A DNA stretch of 64,000 nt from an uncultured Candidatus Binatia bacterium (GTDB lineage Bacteria > Desulfobacterota > Binatia > UBA9968 > CAXXLF01), in NCBI GenBank assembly GCA_965218425.1, contig OZ244621.1, forward strand, positions 480,001-544,000, in the 5' to 3' direction. The notes under the pieces were generated by a model, which made no database searches, had not been told where the DNA came from, and worked only from the letters and a program-made list of their open reading frames with translations. The position numbers and the translations under genes are program-made. Shown piece after piece: positions 20,256 to 30,754 of the stretch. The stretch's first letter is position 1; each line of letters starts with the position of its first letter.

Positions 20256-20723
20256 TCAGCCCTTGTTGATCTTATCCAGCTCCGCGAGGAGGTCTTTATT
20301 GTCGGGGATCCCCTTCTCGTACAACTGCTGAAAGCGCACGACACCCTGCTTGTCGATGATGAAAACTGCTCGTTTGGGGTACCCCTGAGGCCTGAGGCAA
20401 TCGTACTTGGCAGTGATTTCGCCGTGGGGATAAAAGTCCGACAACATGGGGAAATTGATCCCCCCCATTTGTTCAGCAAAGGCTTTGTGTGAAAATACTG
20501 AATCGACGCTTACGCTCAGGACCTGAGCGTCTTTGGCCTCGAAGCTCTTTCGTTCGGCTTCGAAGTTGATGATCTCCTGTCTTCACCCGCCTGTGAAGTC
20601 CAGGGGATAGAACGCCAGCACCACGTTTTTTTTACCAACGAAGTCACTTAATGCAACTTTATCCTCTCTCGTAACCGGAAGAGAAAAATCCGGAGCCTTG
20701 TCACCCACGCTCGGCATCGCCAT
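20256..20723 (-). CDS. Peroxiredoxin (AhpE/BCP-like), predicted selenoprotein with Sec47
   Basis: [16 protein letters not shown]...[24 protein letters not shown]...[27 protein letters not shown]...[13 protein letters not shown] at 20583-20585 sits at the PxxxTxxC peroxidatic Cys; frame open on both sides; GGAG RBS. Confidence 0.9.
20537..20565 (-). promoter_or_regulatory. Candidate SECIS hairpin of the peroxiredoxin gene
   Basis: CUUCGAAGC-11 nt-GCUUCGAGG, a 9-bp stem starting 18 nt after the UGA. Confidence 0.55.
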
Positions 20724-20795
20724 ATCGATCTCCTTAAGATTTATTCTATTGCTCGTACCCTAGGCCCGTTAGCCCGTCGCACAGTCACAATGTGA

Positions 20796-21341
20796 CTAGC
20801 ATAGTATTGACTTACAATAAAGCTTGATGTAATCCTCCAGGGCCTCTCGTGTGCTGGGAAAGGCTAATTGTTCCCACGGAAGTTCGGAAGTGCTGAAAGA
20901 CTTAGCCTCAGTGGATTCGTCAAGGGGTTTCAGTTCACCACCCACCACCTCTGCAGAGTATACAACAATAACATCGCGCGCGCGTGGATATGAATAGACA
21001 CCAACAAGAGACCCGAGCCGTACGTCCATGTCAGACTCCTCCTTGGTTTCACGAACGGCCGCATCCCTCACGCTTTCCCCGCGATCCACATAACCACCCG
21101 GGAATACCCACTTACCCATGGCCGGCTCAATCCCCCGGCGCAACAGGACCACTTTGTTCTCGATAGTAAAAATAGCTCCGGCCACAACCTTCGGGTCTAG
21201 ATAAAAGACAAAGGAACACTTCCCGCAGACCAATCGATCCGGTTCGTTCGGTTTCAGCTTGCGGGATTCTAATCTAGCGCCGCAGCGGGGACAGAACCGG
21301 TATGGGTCATGTCCGTGATGGTGATGATTTTCGGCTGCCAT
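20796..21341 (-). CDS. NUDIX hydrolase with N-terminal zinc ribbon
   Basis: FCPRCG...CGKC; GGYVDRGESVRDAAVRETKEES Nudix box. Confidence 0.9.
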   Translation of the reverse strand: MAAENHHHHGHDPYRFCPRCGARLESRKLKPNEPDRLVCGKCSFVFYLDPKVVAGAIFTIENKVVLLRRGIEPAMGKWVFPGGYVDRGESVRDAAVRETKEESDMDVRLGSLVGVYSYPRARDVIVVYSAEVVGGELKPLDESTEAKSFSTSELPWEQLAFPSTREALEDYIKLYCKSILC

Positions 21342-21402
21342 TGGCTTTTCCTTCCCGTAGAACGAGTTGAAATAAAACAGTGGATCCGTTAACCCTAGGG
21401 AC

Positions 21403-22101
21403 ATGTTACGGGCTGTCATCTTCGATTTCAACGGCGTGCTCATCGACGACGAGCCGGTTCACCTTGAGATGTTCCAGAAGGTTCTGAAAGACGAGGGCCT
21501 ATCACTGGATGCAAAGGACTATTACGAGCACTATCTAGGCTTCGACGACCCCGGGTGCTTCAAGGCCTATTATAAGCGGGCCGGTCACATCCTTGGTGAC
21601 ACGACTCTCGAAGAGCTGGTCCAACGCAAGGCACAATACTACCGTGAGTCTATTGAAAACCGAATGGTTGTATTCCCTGGAGTCAAACAACTCATCCCGG
21701 AGCTTTCCGCACAAATCCCTCTGGCCATCGCCTCCGGGGCTTTGAGAAGTGAAATCGAATTAATTCTAGAAAAAATTAACTTAAAAAAACACTTCCGAGG
21801 TATTGTGTCGGCGGAAGACGTCAACGAAGGGAAACCCAATCCCGAAATATATAACAAGGCACTCGATCTGTTGAAACAAGCGGCAAAGGGCGCTTCCATT
21901 GAACCGTCAGAATGTCTGGCCATGGAGGATTCCCGTGAGGGCATTCGTGCGGCCCACGGCGCACGGTTAAAATGCCTGGCTATAACCAATTCCCATTCCG
22001 AAAACGAGCTCTCGGAAGCGGACTGTGTGGTCCAAAGCCTGGAACAAGTCAACCTGAACTTTCTCGACAATCTTGTGTCCACTCCGAAAAAGCCGGCTTG
22101 A
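21403..22101 (+). CDS. HAD-superfamily phosphatase
   Basis: IFDFNGV, IASG, GKPNPEIY, EDS. Confidence 0.9.
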   Translation: MLRAVIFDFNGVLIDDEPVHLEMFQKVLKDEGLSLDAKDYYEHYLGFDDPGCFKAYYKRAGHILGDTTLEELVQRKAQYYRESIENRMVVFPGVKQLIPELSAQIPLAIASGALRSEIELILEKINLKKHFRGIVSAEDVNEGKPNPEIYNKALDLLKQAAKGASIEPSECLAMEDSREGIRAAHGARLKCLAITNSHSENELSEADCVVQSLEQVNLNFLDNLVSTPKKPA

Positions 22102-22449
22102 CACCAATCACCACGTTGAAGAATGGCTAGACATCCCGCCAAAAAAACAGTCATTCCGATGTCGGCAAGCCGCTAAACCTCCATTACTAATCTGTCCTCC
22201 TCTACTCAAAGATGGCCATAGTCCTGAGCTGTGATATGCCGACATACAAGTCAGTGTTTGCCTAACTCTTTGGGTTTAATGATCCCTTTGTATCTCATTG
22301 AAAGTGGAGTAGAATTTTAACTGTACGTCGATCGGTAAAATTATAATATGCCGCCATAAGCCGGAAATATGCCGGTCAGCGTACTACTTGGCGTTAGATT
22401 GCAAACCCGCAGTTGGAGTCTTATGGAACATCGTAGAAGACAATCAAAA

Positions 22450-22863
22450 ATGCGTGATGAAACCTTACGCGAACATCCGATCATTTTCTTCGACGGTGTC
22501 TGTTGGATCTGCAATGGATTCGTTGACATGATCATAAGAGCCGATACGAGAGGCGTATTTCGTTTCGCGACACTTCAGGGGGAGACGGCAAAGGAGATTC
22601 TATCCACGCAACCTGAAAATACCAGCGACTGGTCGATGATCTATGTAGATGACCGTGGCATTCACGAGCAGTCGGATGCATCTTTGGAAGTCTATAGGCG
22701 TTTGGGAGGGTTTTGGAAACTTTTTAGCCTGGCGCAAATTATTCCGCGCGTAATTCGCACCCCCGTATACCGGGTCATTGCCAGGAATCGATATCGGTGG
22801 TTTGGGCGAAGAGACTCATGTCGAATTCCAAGTGAATCCGAAAAGGAGCGATTCCTACCCTAA
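22450..22863 (+). CDS. DCC1-like thiol-disulfide oxidoreductase (YuxK-like)
   Basis: FDGVCWIC and YRVIARNRYRWFG. Confidence 0.9.
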   Translation: MRDETLREHPIIFFDGVCWICNGFVDMIIRADTRGVFRFATLQGETAKEILSTQPENTSDWSMIYVDDRGIHEQSDASLEVYRRLGGFWKLFSLAQIIPRVIRTPVYRVIARNRYRWFGRRDSCRIPSESEKERFLP

Positions 22864-23130
22864 GCTGGACAACGAAAAACATCCGAGATCATGAGTTGAA
22901 CATCCATTTGTCGAGGATGGTAGCAATTTAAGTATCTTAATCGTCGGGGGATCTGGAAACCTGGGATCCCATCTGACCAAGTCCCTAACGAAAGGTTCTC
23001 GACTTTGAAGGAAGGCCGGAGCATCTGTTGAGGGTCAAAAGACGTAAATGATAACGAGAAAGCTTATGTTCGGACGGACGCCTCTGTACCCCGCCGAGCT
23101 TTAACGTCATTTTTTTATTCAAGACGGCAC

Positions 23131-23766
23131 GTGAACGAAACCTCCATGCCTGCGCCACTCACCACGACCAGATTGCTTCGAGGCGTCAAGGAGCTCAGCG
23201 CGAGAGATAGAGATCTCGCAGGAGTCGTTGAGCGCTTTGGCCCCCCGCCACTTTGGGCGCGACGCCCGGGCTTCGCGGCATTAGTCCGCATCATACTGGA
23301 GCAACAGGTATCGCTCGCATCCGCCCGCGCGGCCTACGCTCGGCTCAAAGCTGCGGCCGGCCGCGTTACGCCTCATCATATCGCAAGTATTAGTCATGCC
23401 CGGCTCCGCACATACGGTCTCACACGCCAAAAGGCAGCCTATTGTAGGAATCTCGCCAAATGCGTTGTGGGTCGTAATCTTACGCTCGGTCACCTCTCGC
23501 AACTTGATGATCTCGCGGCACGTTCAAAATTACTCCAGGTTTCCGGCATCGGACCGTGGACTGCGGACATCTACCTGTTAATGGTGCTTCGTCGCCCTGA
23601 TATTTGGCCTGACGGCGATCTTGCGCTGGCCAAAGCTACGCAGCAGGTTAAACGACTCCGCAGTTATCCAAGCCAGGAAAAGCTTCAACGTATCGCCAGA
23701 GCGTGGGCACCTTGGAGAGCCGTTGCAGCCCGCATCCTTTGGCACGTCTACCTATCGAGTAGATGA
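23131..23766 (+). CDS. DNA-3-methyladenine glycosylase II (AlkA-like HhH-GPD)
   Basis: IILEQQVS, GIGPWTAD, PDGDLAL, WAPWRAVA. Confidence 0.9.
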   Translation: MNETSMPAPLTTTRLLRGVKELSARDRDLAGVVERFGPPPLWARRPGFAALVRIILEQQVSLASARAAYARLKAAAGRVTPHHIASISHARLRTYGLTRQKAAYCRNLAKCVVGRNLTLGHLSQLDDLAARSKLLQVSGIGPWTADIYLLMVLRRPDIWPDGDLALAKATQQVKRLRSYPSQEKLQRIARAWAPWRAVAARILWHVYLSSR

Positions 23767-23772
23767 TGGTTG

Positions 23773-24127
23773 CTATTCGCCTTCCTTGCGAGAGGGCTCT
23801 TCGAGATGCAACCTGCCAATGAGTGTGAGAAGAATGGCGAATAAGGGGGCTAGACCTGAAAACCCAAAGGCGGCGGCCAGGGTAACCCTCTTGGTGATGA
23901 AGCCCAACACGAGTGGACCTATTGCATGTCCGGCGTCATATAACATCATATTCGTGGCGTTGGCACAACCCCACCGGCTGCGCGGTACGCGATCCAAAAT
24001 CATGGCTCGTAGGACCGGCTGTGTCGTGCCAAATCCCATATCCCAAAACAACGCCACCAGGGGCAGCGTCCATACTGCCTACGTAAATGAAAGCACAAGC
24101 GCAGCTAGCCCTACTTCTCAGCGGCAT
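23773..24127 (-). pseudogene. MFS transporter C-terminal remnant
   Basis: GFGTTQPVLRAMILDRVP..WG.ANAT...YDAGHAIGPLVLG helices only; frameshifted and lacking an N-terminus. Confidence 0.65.
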
Positions 24128-24214
24128 CGCGGGCGCGGCGTTCGGCTTGATAAACCTGGTGTTGACACCCCGGAGAGGGTCGGGTTTGAATAATCGAATG
24201 GAGCCTTGAATCGG

Positions 24215-25690
24215 CTAACTGCGAAAGACGAGGGATTTGATCACCACGGGAACGGCGCCCGAGGAATGAATCAGAGCACCGATATCAACGAAGTCAAACT
24301 CACGCAGATCGATCCCATCGATGGAGATAACAGGGTTCTCTAGATGCATCTCCTCTTTGAGATGAAGCCCGAGCACTCCCCCAACGTCACCATCACTCAC
24401 CAGCACGAGAGGGTTGCCCTTGGCTAGAATGTTCTTCAGGGCGTCTTTCAACCCCGAGCAAAATCCCTGCATGCGTGTAAAGGTAGCCGAGCCTTCCCAA
24501 TGAAATGCCACGGCAACGGGCTGGGTGGATTGAAGGAGATCCATCCGGTTCAACGCACGCTCAGCGGCACTTTTGATCTCCCCTTCACGAATCTCCTCAC
24601 CCTCCAGGGAAAACTCAGGGGTCACAACCGGCAGGCTTCGCACCGGCAAGATCTCGGCGGGATTGACAAAAATGGTACTGCCACTTACCTGGACCGTGTA
24701 TTGAGACGCGCCTATGGCCGTGGCGCGAATGCGGGCGGCCGGTTCGATGATGGGGACACCTGAACTCTCAACGCGCTTTCTCACTTCGGCTGCCAGTAAG
24801 GAGCCAAGGTCACCGTAGGAACCTGGTTCCTTGCCGTAGATGAATTCAGAGACGCCTCCAGAAAAGCTGACGGACTCAATCCTCCCCTTAAAGGACAAAG
24901 GAGGGAGGCGTAGGAGCGAACGCGTTTTAAAAGAGATATCGCCGGGAGCAATAACCTCAATGAGCCGGTCTGCCATGTTCGAAGACATGGTTCGCAAGGA
25001 CTCCTCGTCTACCCTTACCCCGAGAGTCAATTCCAAGCCTGCGGATGCCCCGTGTATCCTTCCGGCCTCCTCGATGCGAGTCAAAGTTTTGTCTTCGTCG
25101 AAGGCCACAAGACGCGCACCAACGTCAATGGCCGTCACCTCGCGCACACGACCCTCGGAGCACAGGGCTAGTTTGCTCGTTCCGCCCCCGATATCGATAT
25201 TCAACGTCATTCCGTTGGAACCGCTGGACCGCGCCACCGCACCCGAACCATGGGCAGCCATGGTGGCTTCAAGGCCGTCCCCCGCACTCACGGAGACGAA
25301 ACGTCCGGCTTCCTCAGCGAACAGCTCACCAATGGCACGCGCGTTACGTCGGCGCAGGGCAACACCGGTAAGAATTAGTGCACCCGTGTCCACCTGATCT
25401 CTCGTAAGGCCGGCTATCTGGTACTGCCTGTTGATAAACCCCTCCAACACCTCTACGTCGATCTTGATTTCATCCACATAGGGGGTCAGGAGAATTTCCG
25501 ATTCATTGAGAACGGTGCGACTCACAACGACGTATCGGCTGTGCTGTTGTTCCAATATGAGTCTGGAAAAGATGAGATGGGTAGTAGACGAGCCGATGTC
25601 CACTCCCACGCTTGTGAGCTGGATCTCCTCTTCCTCAACAATGTGCCTGGATGCACCGGTAAAACCGAGGCGTTGTCGTCGAGCGTCCAT
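24215..25690 (-). CDS. EutA-like reactivating-factor ATPase (ASKHA fold)
   Basis: SVGVDIGSSTT, TGALILTG, NIDIGGGTSK, SGGVSE, IRATAIGASQ, VPVVIKSLVF. Confidence 0.88.
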   Translation of the reverse strand: MDARRQRLGFTGASRHIVEEEEIQLTSVGVDIGSSTTHLIFSRLILEQQHSRYVVVSRTVLNESEILLTPYVDEIKIDVEVLEGFINRQYQIAGLTRDQVDTGALILTGVALRRRNARAIGELFAEEAGRFVSVSAGDGLEATMAAHGSGAVARSSGSNGMTLNIDIGGGTSKLALCSEGRVREVTAIDVGARLVAFDEDKTLTRIEEAGRIHGASAGLELTLGVRVDEESLRTMSSNMADRLIEVIAPGDISFKTRSLLRLPPLSFKGRIESVSFSGGVSEFIYGKEPGSYGDLGSLLAAEVRKRVESSGVPIIEPAARIRATAIGASQYTVQVSGSTIFVNPAEILPVRSLPVVTPEFSLEGEEIREGEIKSAAERALNRMDLLQSTQPVAVAFHWEGSATFTRMQGFCSGLKDALKNILAKGNPLVLVSDGDVGGVLGLHLKEEMHLENPVISIDGIDLREFDFVDIGALIHSSGAVPVVIKSLVFRS

Positions 25691-25731
25691 GCTGTTCCTT
25701 CAGTGGATAAATGATTGGCGAAGCGAGGGTA

Positions 25732-26919
25732 CTACTTGAAGATGGAGTCCACCATTCTGGACTCCACCCCTTCCTTCTTTAGCGTCTCCTCATATTCATT
25801 GCGAATATATGGGTCCTCGTCCCGGTACGCAATGGCGGTTCCGCCATCTTTGATTTCGATGGCACCGTAGTCGATAGCCTTTTCCCCCGGCCGGCCGGCT
25901 TCGCGACCTGGAGCATTGGGACCAAACCAGGCCATCAAACGAAAAGGGTCATGACTGGTGCCAAAATGTTGGTGGAACCAGTGTCCTCCCATGGGTGCGG
26001 CACTAACCATACCCACGGGCTCGTAGTCCTGTCTTTTTACCTCACCGGCTTTTCCGTCTCTCCAGGGAGTCGTGCCCAGGGTTGCGGGCCAGGTATAGGT
26101 GTACCCCTTGCCTTTAATACAGATGAGGACGGCCGCCGAACCATGGGCGTGGGCCTTCGAGTACCGACCCGTTTCATGCTGGCCGATCCAAAAATAAAAC
26201 TTGTTACCGGTCATATGGGGCTCAATCCTCCGGTAGCCCGGCGAACGCCGGTTATCGCGAGGCAATTCACAATCCACAATGTCCGAAAGGAGATTGGTCC
26301 GGCGCATGGCGAGTCCTCTCACCGGATCGGGCTCGATATCCTCCTTGGGCTTGTAGTAATCTTCGCTCGCATCGTAACGGTCCGTAAATGAATAGGGGCA
26401 GTTGAAAATGAAGTCACTGTTCATGTAAAGGTTCATGGCGTTTGGTGCGGTAGTTCCCCCGAGCAATAGAGCCGGGCTAGAAGCCGCGTTGACGATCCGA
26501 TGCCAGGCATTCATGGGAATGGAGAACAGGGAGCCCGCCTGCCACTCAAAGGTCTGTTTCTTATTGCTTCCTTCAGCCCAAACCTCAGTCGTTCCGCGTC
26601 CTTCCACGACGAAATACTGCTCTTCATAGAGATGGCGCTCCGGGTTCAGGGCACCTGCGCCTGGAAGCTCAATAACGTAACATCCCCAGAGGCCCTCCGT
26701 GCCAAAGAGCTGAATGAAGGTACCGTTGCCGCCCACACGCTTCCAGGGTTTGAGAGGTAGGTCCTGGATCTTCCTGACCCCAATGGCACGGTAAATAGGA
26801 ATCCCCTGTTCTTCCATAAAGGTATCGTAATGTGAATTGGGACGTCCCCATTTGCCGTAACCTGCCTTCTCGCTTTCCCCCGTCGGTTCGTGCCATTCTT
26901 GCGCGTAATTTTCAGCCAT
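25732..26919 (-). CDS. Bicupin protein (gentisate-dioxygenase-like)
   Basis: Two cupin motifs: PERHLYEE...PMNAWH and KAHAHG...WFHQHF. Confidence 0.8.
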   Translation of the reverse strand: MAENYAQEWHEPTGESEKAGYGKWGRPNSHYDTFMEEQGIPIYRAIGVRKIQDLPLKPWKRVGGNGTFIQLFGTEGLWGCYVIELPGAGALNPERHLYEEQYFVVEGRGTTEVWAEGSNKKQTFEWQAGSLFSIPMNAWHRIVNAASSPALLLGGTTAPNAMNLYMNSDFIFNCPYSFTDRYDASEDYYKPKEDIEPDPVRGLAMRRTNLLSDIVDCELPRDNRRSPGYRRIEPHMTGNKFYFWIGQHETGRYSKAHAHGSAAVLICIKGKGYTYTWPATLGTTPWRDGKAGEVKRQDYEPVGMVSAAPMGGHWFHQHFGTSHDPFRLMAWFGPNAPGREAGRPGEKAIDYGAIEIKDGGTAIAYRDEDPYIRNEYEETLKKEGVESRMVDSIFK

Positions 26920-26959
26920 GTCATCGCCTCCCTACCGATAATTACCCCCTAGCTTGGTG

Positions 26960-29419
26960 TTACTCATTTTCCTCATTTTTGTTTTCACTTCGGCGTTCCG
27001 AAACTGTGGACTGTTTTAATTTCTTAGAGTATTCTTCCAGCCGCTTTTCCACAAGTCCATTGATGGAGGTTGGAGGATAATGACCCTCACTATCCCTCTC
27101 ACCGGCGGGCGTACCGGTTAGAACTTCGATGCCCTCGTCGATGGTACTGACGGCAAAGATGTGAAAATTCCCTTGTTCAACGGCCTCCACCACATCAGGG
27201 CGCAGCATCAGATTTCTTAAATTGGAGCGGGGTACCACAACACCCTGAACCCCGGTCATTCCTTTGAGGCGGCAGATATCAAAAAAACCCTCTATCTTAC
27301 GGTTGATACTTCCGATGGCCTGGATGTCACCATTTTGATTCACCGAACCGGTGATGGCGATACCCTGTTTGATTGGGACCCCGGAGAGACTGGAAAGAAT
27401 GGCGTAGAGTTCAGTGGATGAAGCGCTGTCACCGTCTATCCCCTCATAGGACTGTTCGAAACAGAGACTTATGGACAGAGAAAGAGGCCGGTCCTGTGCG
27501 TACTTGAAACCAAGGTAGCCGCTCAGTATAAGAACCCCTTTGTCATGAGTCTTCCCGCTTAGTTTGGTCTCTCTCTCAATATTAATAATCCCTCCGCGGC
27601 CCAGGAAGGTCTTACAGGTTATCCGAGAAGGCTTACCAAAGCTAAAGCCTCCCATCTGATAGATGGCCAATCCATTGAGCTGCCCCACCACGGCTCCTTG
27701 AACATCCACTAGGATAGTTCCCTCGGCAATCATTTCTTGCAGCTTCTCCTCTATGAGGTTGAACCGAAAGGTCTTTTCATCCAATGCCTTTTCCACATGT
27801 TTACTCTTGACCAAGTCACTCCCGTCCTTCTTTGCCCAATAGTCAGACTCCACGAGGACATCCAAAATATCGCTAAAACGGGTCGAGAGCTTTTCCTGGT
27901 CTTCCACCAATCTCGCCCCATACTCAACGATTGCCGATACCCCGCCGGAATCGAAGTGACGGAGCCCTTCCCTCTGACAACAACCGCTAATGAAACAGGC
28001 ATAGGAAACGATACTATTGTTGGACTTATCGATTTGATAGTCAAAATCAGCCTTCACCTTGAAGGTTTCCCGGAAATCGGAGTCTGCAGTTGAGAGGTAC
28101 TGATACAGATGAGGGTCCCCGATCATAATTACTTTTGTGTCAGTTGGAATGGGCTCGGGTCTCAGACCCTGGGGAGGCATCCAGCCGAACTGGGAAGCCG
28201 GCTCTTCGATTCGATGTTCTTGATTCTTGATCACCCGCTTTAGGGACTCCCATACCCCCGGATTGGACAACACATCTCGATCGTAGAGAACTAAATAGCC
28301 TGCATTGGCACGATTGATGGAACCCGCCTTTACCTGAGTAAAGTCAGTGGTAAATCCCCCAAGGACCTGACGCTTCTCCACCACGCCGAACACGTTATGG
28401 TAGGTGGGATTGGTTTCAATGATGATTGGTGGTCCCTGGGTATCGCTGTTGTCCACAAAGACATTGACTCGGTAAGGTAGGAACGGATCGCTGGGATTTT
28501 CCGGAGGCTGAAGAAGGGCCAGTGGCCCCGTCCCGTCGGTGGCCTCGGTCTCTTTAAAATTTGCTAGGTTGCCTAGAATGTCGTCTTTCACTGCGTCAAG
28601 ATATTTATTCACCTTGGGATAATCCTCGTACTTGTCTTTGAGCTCCGACAACGGAATGCGTACCAGGTATTCTCCGGCTTGCCTGTCCAACGCACCTAGC
28701 TTTTCGGCGATTTCCCGTTCCAGCTTCTTTCCCTCACGTTGCGCCTGATCCACTCTCTTGCCGATCTCGTTTTGTTTCTCTTCCAATGCTTTTTCCTCTT
28801 CCACCGGTAGAGTCAGGTACTCGTCCTCCTGCATGGGCTTGCCGTCTTTTCGGAGCGGTATCATGACTATTCCTGCCGGAGAGAATCTAATGGCAAAACC
28901 GCCCTTTCGCCCCTCTTCCATTACGCCTTCCATGATTGCCTGATGGCGCTTTTGCATGTCCTCCACCAAGGTTTGTCGCTGGCGGGCATATTCTTCGCTC
29001 TCAAAAGTCGCCTTCACCTCCTTTTGAAGCGATTGCACGAATTCTTCCATATCTCTTTTGAGGATTTTCCCCCCGCCTCGCCGCACGTTCAATGCCAGCG
29101 GTCGGTCGGGGTCAGCGAAGTTATAAACGTAGCACCAGTCTTCGGGAACGGAAGAATCCTCCTCCGGATGAACCATTTCTGCGGTAACCTTTTTCAGAAA
29201 GGCTTTGATGATAGTGGTCTTCCCTGTACCGGTTAGTCCATTAACGTAAATGTTAAACCCCGGTTTGTTGACCCCTAAACCAAACTCAATGGCACGCATG
29301 GCTCTTTCCTGCCCGATGAAATCGGCCAGGGGAATCATGTCCGAGGTACAATCAAACGGGATTAGTGATGAGGCACATTTCCACCGGAGTCGATCCGGTG
29401 AAACCTCATAGGTTGCCAT
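26960..29419 (-). CDS. Lon-type protease (LonB/LonC-like, AAA plus S16 domain)
   Basis: GLTGTGKT, GSINRANAGYL, DGDSASS catalytic Ser, INRKIEGF Lys. Confidence 0.92.
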   Translation of the reverse strand: MATYEVSPDRLRWKCASSLIPFDCTSDMIPLADFIGQERAMRAIEFGLGVNKPGFNIYVNGLTGTGKTTIIKAFLKKVTAEMVHPEEDSSVPEDWCYVYNFADPDRPLALNVRRGGGKILKRDMEEFVQSLQKEVKATFESEEYARQRQTLVEDMQKRHQAIMEGVMEEGRKGGFAIRFSPAGIVMIPLRKDGKPMQEDEYLTLPVEEEKALEEKQNEIGKRVDQAQREGKKLEREIAEKLGALDRQAGEYLVRIPLSELKDKYEDYPKVNKYLDAVKDDILGNLANFKETEATDGTGPLALLQPPENPSDPFLPYRVNVFVDNSDTQGPPIIIETNPTYHNVFGVVEKRQVLGGFTTDFTQVKAGSINRANAGYLVLYDRDVLSNPGVWESLKRVIKNQEHRIEEPASQFGWMPPQGLRPEPIPTDTKVIMIGDPHLYQYLSTADSDFRETFKVKADFDYQIDKSNNSIVSYACFISGCCQREGLRHFDSGGVSAIVEYGARLVEDQEKLSTRFSDILDVLVESDYWAKKDGSDLVKSKHVEKALDEKTFRFNLIEEKLQEMIAEGTILVDVQGAVVGQLNGLAIYQMGGFSFGKPSRITCKTFLGRGGIINIERETKLSGKTHDKGVLILSGYLGFKYAQDRPLSLSISLCFEQSYEGIDGDSASSTELYAILSSLSGVPIKQGIAITGSVNQNGDIQAIGSINRKIEGFFDICRLKGMTGVQGVVVPRSNLRNLMLRPDVVEAVEQGNFHIFAVSTIDEGIEVLTGTPAGERDSEGHYPPTSINGLVEKRLEEYSKKLKQSTVSERRSENKNEENE

Positions 29420-29896
29420 AAATCCCTTCTAGCTTTGGCGGGAACGAACATATAACCTCACCAACAGGCTACAGTAATAGATATACGATCCAATTGCCAG
29501 ATACTCACCACTACATAAACCAGTAAATAATGAGTCCTTCTCGAGATTACAAGGATTAGCATTGGGAACCTTCTGTCCAGCTACGAACATCAGAATTCAC
29601 CATCGCCAAAAATGTGGACCCACTGCAAACTACTTACTAAACAGATTGAGAATCTATACATAACCCGTTGATATCATTACATTCTTATCCAACACAATAT
29701 TATTGGCAGGCCAATTTAGCGGGAAATCTTTGAAGCGATAAAAGGCCCTCGACTCTCGAAGACTCAGGTGGATACGACCGTTGAAAAGCTCAAAAACGCC
29801 CATGAACTCCTGACCGAACTCGAACGAAACCTAGAACTCAACCGTGACACCACACGACGTGAAGCAACCCATTCGAAGAAGTCATGATGCAGGATC

Positions 29897-30124
29897 TTAC
29901 TTCGTTGGCTTTAGAGCGATGACATACTTCTGAAAGCAAGCCACCGCATCCCCTAGCATTGCCGGCATAAGCCTTTTCTCCGGCTCAAGGAGGGTATTCC
30001 TCCGCTGGGTTTCCAGGTACTGATCTGTCAAAAGAGTGTCCGGTTGGAAGAGGGACGATATCCTATCATCCACGCTGCTAGAACCGGACTTTGTTGTCAT
30101 TGAATTTCTAATCACAATATTCAC
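29897..30124 (-). pseudogene. Probably truncated hypothetical protein (LFQPDTLL...EPEKRLM...DAVACFQKY)
   Basis: Resembles the N-terminal half of a hypothetical family I recall from deltaproteobacterial-like genomes; ends early. Not verified by search. Confidence 0.45.
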
Positions 30125-30142
30125 CTACCCTCTTACCGATTA

Positions 30143-30159
30143 CGCAAGGGGTATGCCAG
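30143..30159 (-). promoter_or_regulatory. Sigma-54 -24/-12 promoter candidate
   Basis: CTGGCATACCCCTTGCG (GG-N10-GC) just upstream of the 30124 ORF. Confidence 0.55.
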
Positions 30160-30313
30160 TGTTTTATCCTGATAATCTGGAACAGTTCAGCCAGAATTCT
30201 TCCAAAATTTGGTAGCCCGACAACATGAAAGTCTCAAAACAAGGAAGTGAACATGGGTAGAGCGTTATTATATTGGCGGCGGGAGGAATCAAAAGGCAAG
30301 GAAATGACCGGCC

Positions 30314-30718
30314 CTAGAACTTCGCCATCAGTTTCTTTACCTTTAATTCGATAAGGTCGCGTACGGAGCGAAAATCATTGGGTTCCATATTTTTCGGGTC
30401 CGGGATGTCCCAATCCTCCCGTTCCTTGGTGCGCACGAACGGGCACTCGTCTCCGCACCCCATGGTGGCCACGAAATCGAATTCAACGTCCGGAATTTCC
30501 GAGAGCGTCTTGGAGAAATGGCGACTGAGGTCGTAGCCCAACTCATTCATGGATCTTATGGCCTTGGGATTGATCTTCCCGGATGGGCGGGAGCCTGCGC
30601 TGTAGGCTTCCACCCTACCCGTCCCGTGCATACGCGCAAAGGCCTCGGCCATCTGGCTGCGATTGGAGTTTTCTATACAGACAAAAAGAACCTTTTTCAC
30701 TTTTTTCGATTCCTCCAT
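30314..30718 (-). CDS. arsC: Arsenate reductase, LMW-PTP fold
   Basis: VCIENSNRSQMAE, SAGS, MGCGDECP, WDIPDP. Confidence 0.9.
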   Translation of the reverse strand: MEESKKVKKVLFVCIENSNRSQMAEAFARMHGTGRVEAYSAGSRPSGKINPKAIRSMNELGYDLSRHFSKTLSEIPDVEFDFVATMGCGDECPFVRTKEREDWDIPDPKNMEPNDFRSVRDLIELKVKKLMAKF

Positions 30719-30754
30719 CCACCATAGAATCAGCTGGATTGGCTAAAAAGTGCT

